Positions 62,354-64,000 of a stretch of DNA of 64,000 nucleotides are shown one piece after another (within the stretch, counting starts at the first letter, position 1; every line of letters starts with the position of its first letter). The DNA is from Verrucomicrobiota bacterium. Its GTDB lineage: Bacteria; Verrucomicrobiota; Verrucomicrobiia; Limisphaerales; Palsa-1400. Where the stretch lies: the NCBI GenBank assembly GCA_049517295.1, contig JBEKSF010000014.1:73-64072 (forward strand), in the 5' to 3' direction. The notes beneath the pieces were generated by a model. That model was not told where the DNA came from, did no database searches, and saw nothing but the letters and a program-made list of their open reading frames with translations. A program made the position numbers and the translations under genes.

Positions 62354-63220
62354 ATGGAAAGTCCTGTTCCAAATGGCCCGCAAGGGCGACCGGCGGCGCT
62401 CGGTCGAAAACTGGCGCGTCTTCGACCCTGGGTGCAGACCGGTTTTCTCGGCGTATGGCTTGCGCCCGCGGGTCAGTGGCTGCATGGCATTCCCGGTTGC
62501 GTCTTTCATTGTTACTCGTGTCCTCTGTCGTCGTTTGCCTGCCCGGTGGGCGTAATGGCAAATTACGCGGCGCTGCTGCCGGTGGTTTGGGAAGTGCCGT
62601 ATCTGCTGATCGGCGTGCTGCTGCTGGTTGGCGCGTTGGGCGGTTCGCTCGTCTGCGGATGGGCGTGTCCGTTCGGGTTCCTGCAGGATTTGCTTGGCAA
62701 AATCACCAGCCGAAAAATCTCCCCGCCGTCCTGGGTTGGTCATTTCCGTTACGTGGTGCTGGTGGGCTTGGTGATTGTGCTGCCGATGATTCTCGGATTC
62801 AAAGGCATTCCGTTTGAGAAACAGGTTGTTTCCATCTGCCGGCTTTGCCCCGCGGGCGCGTTGGAAGCGGGCGTGCCGTACTCCATTCAGAGCGTGATTG
62901 CCGGCGGCGGGTGGCTGATGAGCTGGGTAAAGACCGGCATCCTGCTATCGTTCCTTGTGGTGGCGCTTTTCATTCACCGTCCGTGGTGCCGGATTTTCTG
63001 CCCGCTTGGGGGTTTGCTGGCGCTGTTCAACCGGTTCAGCCTGTTTCATCTCCGGTTCAATCCCCAGGAATGCGTCGAATGCAACCTGTGCCGCAGCCGC
63101 TGTTCGATGGGAGTGAAAGTGGACCAAAAAGTAAATGTCTCCGGCTGCATTCGGTGCCTTGAATGCACGACCTGCGGCGCGATTGAACCGTCTATTGCCT
63201 TGCCGCAGAACCACTCGTAA
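62354..63220 (+). CDS. NapH/MauN-like membrane-bound 4Fe-4S polyferredoxin
   Basis: Multiple TM segments with Cys motifs CYSCPLSSFACP, CGWACPFG, CRLCPAG and WCRIFCP, plus two ferredoxin motifs CVECNLCRSRC and CIRCLECTTC. Start is ATG 62354 or GTG 62336. Confidence 0.75.
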   Translation: MESPVPNGPQGRPAALGRKLARLRPWVQTGFLGVWLAPAGQWLHGIPGCVFHCYSCPLSSFACPVGVMANYAALLPVVWEVPYLLIGVLLLVGALGGSLVCGWACPFGFLQDLLGKITSRKISPPSWVGHFRYVVLVGLVIVLPMILGFKGIPFEKQVVSICRLCPAGALEAGVPYSIQSVIAGGGWLMSWVKTGILLSFLVVALFIHRPWCRIFCPLGGLLALFNRFSLFHLRFNPQECVECNLCRSRCSMGVKVDQKVNVSGCIRCLECTTCGAIEPSIALPQNHS

Positions 63221-63336
63221 TTCAGTTTGCTTCCGTTGATGACAGGTCATTTGGATAGGCTGCAGTTATTGGTAATTTGGGGCCGTGGCCCGGTAAACGC
63301 ATTGACCTTTCGCCAAAGATCCGGGAGGCTTGGGAC

Positions 63337-63756
63337 ATGGGCAAAGTCATCGTCAAGATCAAGCTCACGAATCTGAAGGACACCTTCCTCAAAGCGGCTG
63401 GCGCCCGCAAGGCCGAACCCCGCGAAGTTGAAGTCGAGGCGCTGGTGGACACTGGCGCGACCCGCCTCTATCTCAAGCCCACAGTCATCAAGAAGCTGGG
63501 CTTGGAACGAACCGATGCCGTGCGCTCACGAACGACTAACGGCGAGGTCATCCGCAACAAATACGAACCGGTGCGGCTTGAAGCGATGGAACGGCACGAG
63601 AACTTTGATGTGGTTGAAGTGCCGGAGGAGGCGCCCAATCTTCTCGGTCAAGTGCCGCTGGAGATGCTTGATTTGGTGGTGGACTCGCGCGGCCAGAACC
63701 TGGTGCCCAATCCCGCCCACCGGGGAGAGCAGATGACGGAGGAGTATTCCGGGTAA
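63337..63756 (+). CDS. Retropepsin-like (clan AA) aspartic protease
   Basis: ALVDTGATRLYL contains the DTG active-site motif. The ~140-aa size is typical of bacterial single-domain retropepsin-like proteins. GGGAGG lies upstream of ATG 63337. Confidence 0.65.
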   Translation: MGKVIVKIKLTNLKDTFLKAAGARKAEPREVEVEALVDTGATRLYLKPTVIKKLGLERTDAVRSRTTNGEVIRNKYEPVRLEAMERHENFDVVEVPEEAPNLLGQVPLEMLDLVVDSRGQNLVPNPAHRGEQMTEEYSG

Positions 63757-63778
63757 TGAGCTATCGGCTGCCGAAGCT

Positions 63779-64000
63779 ATGAATACACCTTTATTGCGCT
63801 GGGGAATCCTTGGCGCCGCCAATATCGCCCGCAAGAACTGGAAAGCCATCTGGAACTCCAAGAACGGTGTCGTCACCGCCGTTGCCAGCCGCGATGCAAA
63901 GCGCAGCCAGCGTTTCATCAATGAATGCCAGGCTCAAGCGGCCTTCAACCCCGCCCCGCGCGCGCTCGGTAGTTACGAGGAGTTGCTGGCCTCCAAGGAG
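63779..64000 (+). CDS. Gfo/Idh/MocA-family oxidoreductase, N-terminal part. The 3' end lies outside the window.
   Basis: My own translation reads MNTPLLRWGILGAANIARKNWKAIWNSKNGVVTAVASRDAKRSQRFINEC… (Rossmann GxGxxA). The frame is open to the window end. Confidence 0.7.
   Translation, partial: MNTPLLRWGILGAANIARKNWKAIWNSKNGVVTAVASRDAKRSQRFINECQAQAAFNPAPRALGSYEELLASKE

Overview
High-G+C bacterial chromosomal segment. It looks like Verrucomicrobia or another PVC-group organism: a VPDG-type PEP-CTERM anchor, a DUF4159 protein, giant Gly-rich secreted proteins, and many 4-nt ATGA/GTGA stop-start overlaps. This placement is an inference, not a search result. Nearly all long ORFs antisense to the calls below are high-GC shadow frames.

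Contents, left to right:
- (1) A minus-strand L-arabinose/plant-glycan utilisation locus: GH127-like, Tat-signal Gfo/Idh/MocA, ComB-like, GH27, SSS symporter, galM, araD-araB-araA, ROK regulator.
- (2) An extended suf Fe-S operon: sufB-C-D-U-T-S plus a DUF1858-rhodanese fusion and a second IscU-type scaffold.
- (3) A lower-GC patch with a GNAT relic, a dispersed repeat, two small membrane ORFs and an acyltransferase.
- (4) rnd, ppk2, a PEP-CTERM protein, sugar oxidoreductase/isomerase genes, a 2015-aa Gly-rich modular surface protein, DUF4159, a cNMP-binding protein coupled to GTP-PEPCK, and M48 peptidase + LemA.
- (5) A second copy of the dispersed repeat, followed by a small accessory islet (45.0-50.5 kb). 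It holds a 74-aa ORF, a 1035-aa SNF2-family helicase, an abutting Hsp70/actin-fold (ASKHA) ATPase and a frameshifted gene relic. This is my best candidate for an undescribed defence-like system.
- (6) A 1197-aa secreted protein with 591-bp tandem coding repeats.
- (7) A tightly coupled 11-gene operon: ECF sigma, small partner, rhomboid-like, PflX-like radical SAM, small ORF, Ycf46-like AAA+, DUF1257-like, DUF2997-like, S26-like, TPR, PilT.
- (8) tRNA-Sec (selC) followed by a small membrane ORF ending CPT-TGA-IK-TGA with a hairpin 14 nt downstream (candidate selenoprotein), then a NapH-like polyferredoxin, a retropepsin-like protease and a partial oxidoreductase.

No rRNA, CRISPR array, integrase or transposase was found. 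All family assignments come from motif recognition by eye. No database search was possible, and start codons are inferred.
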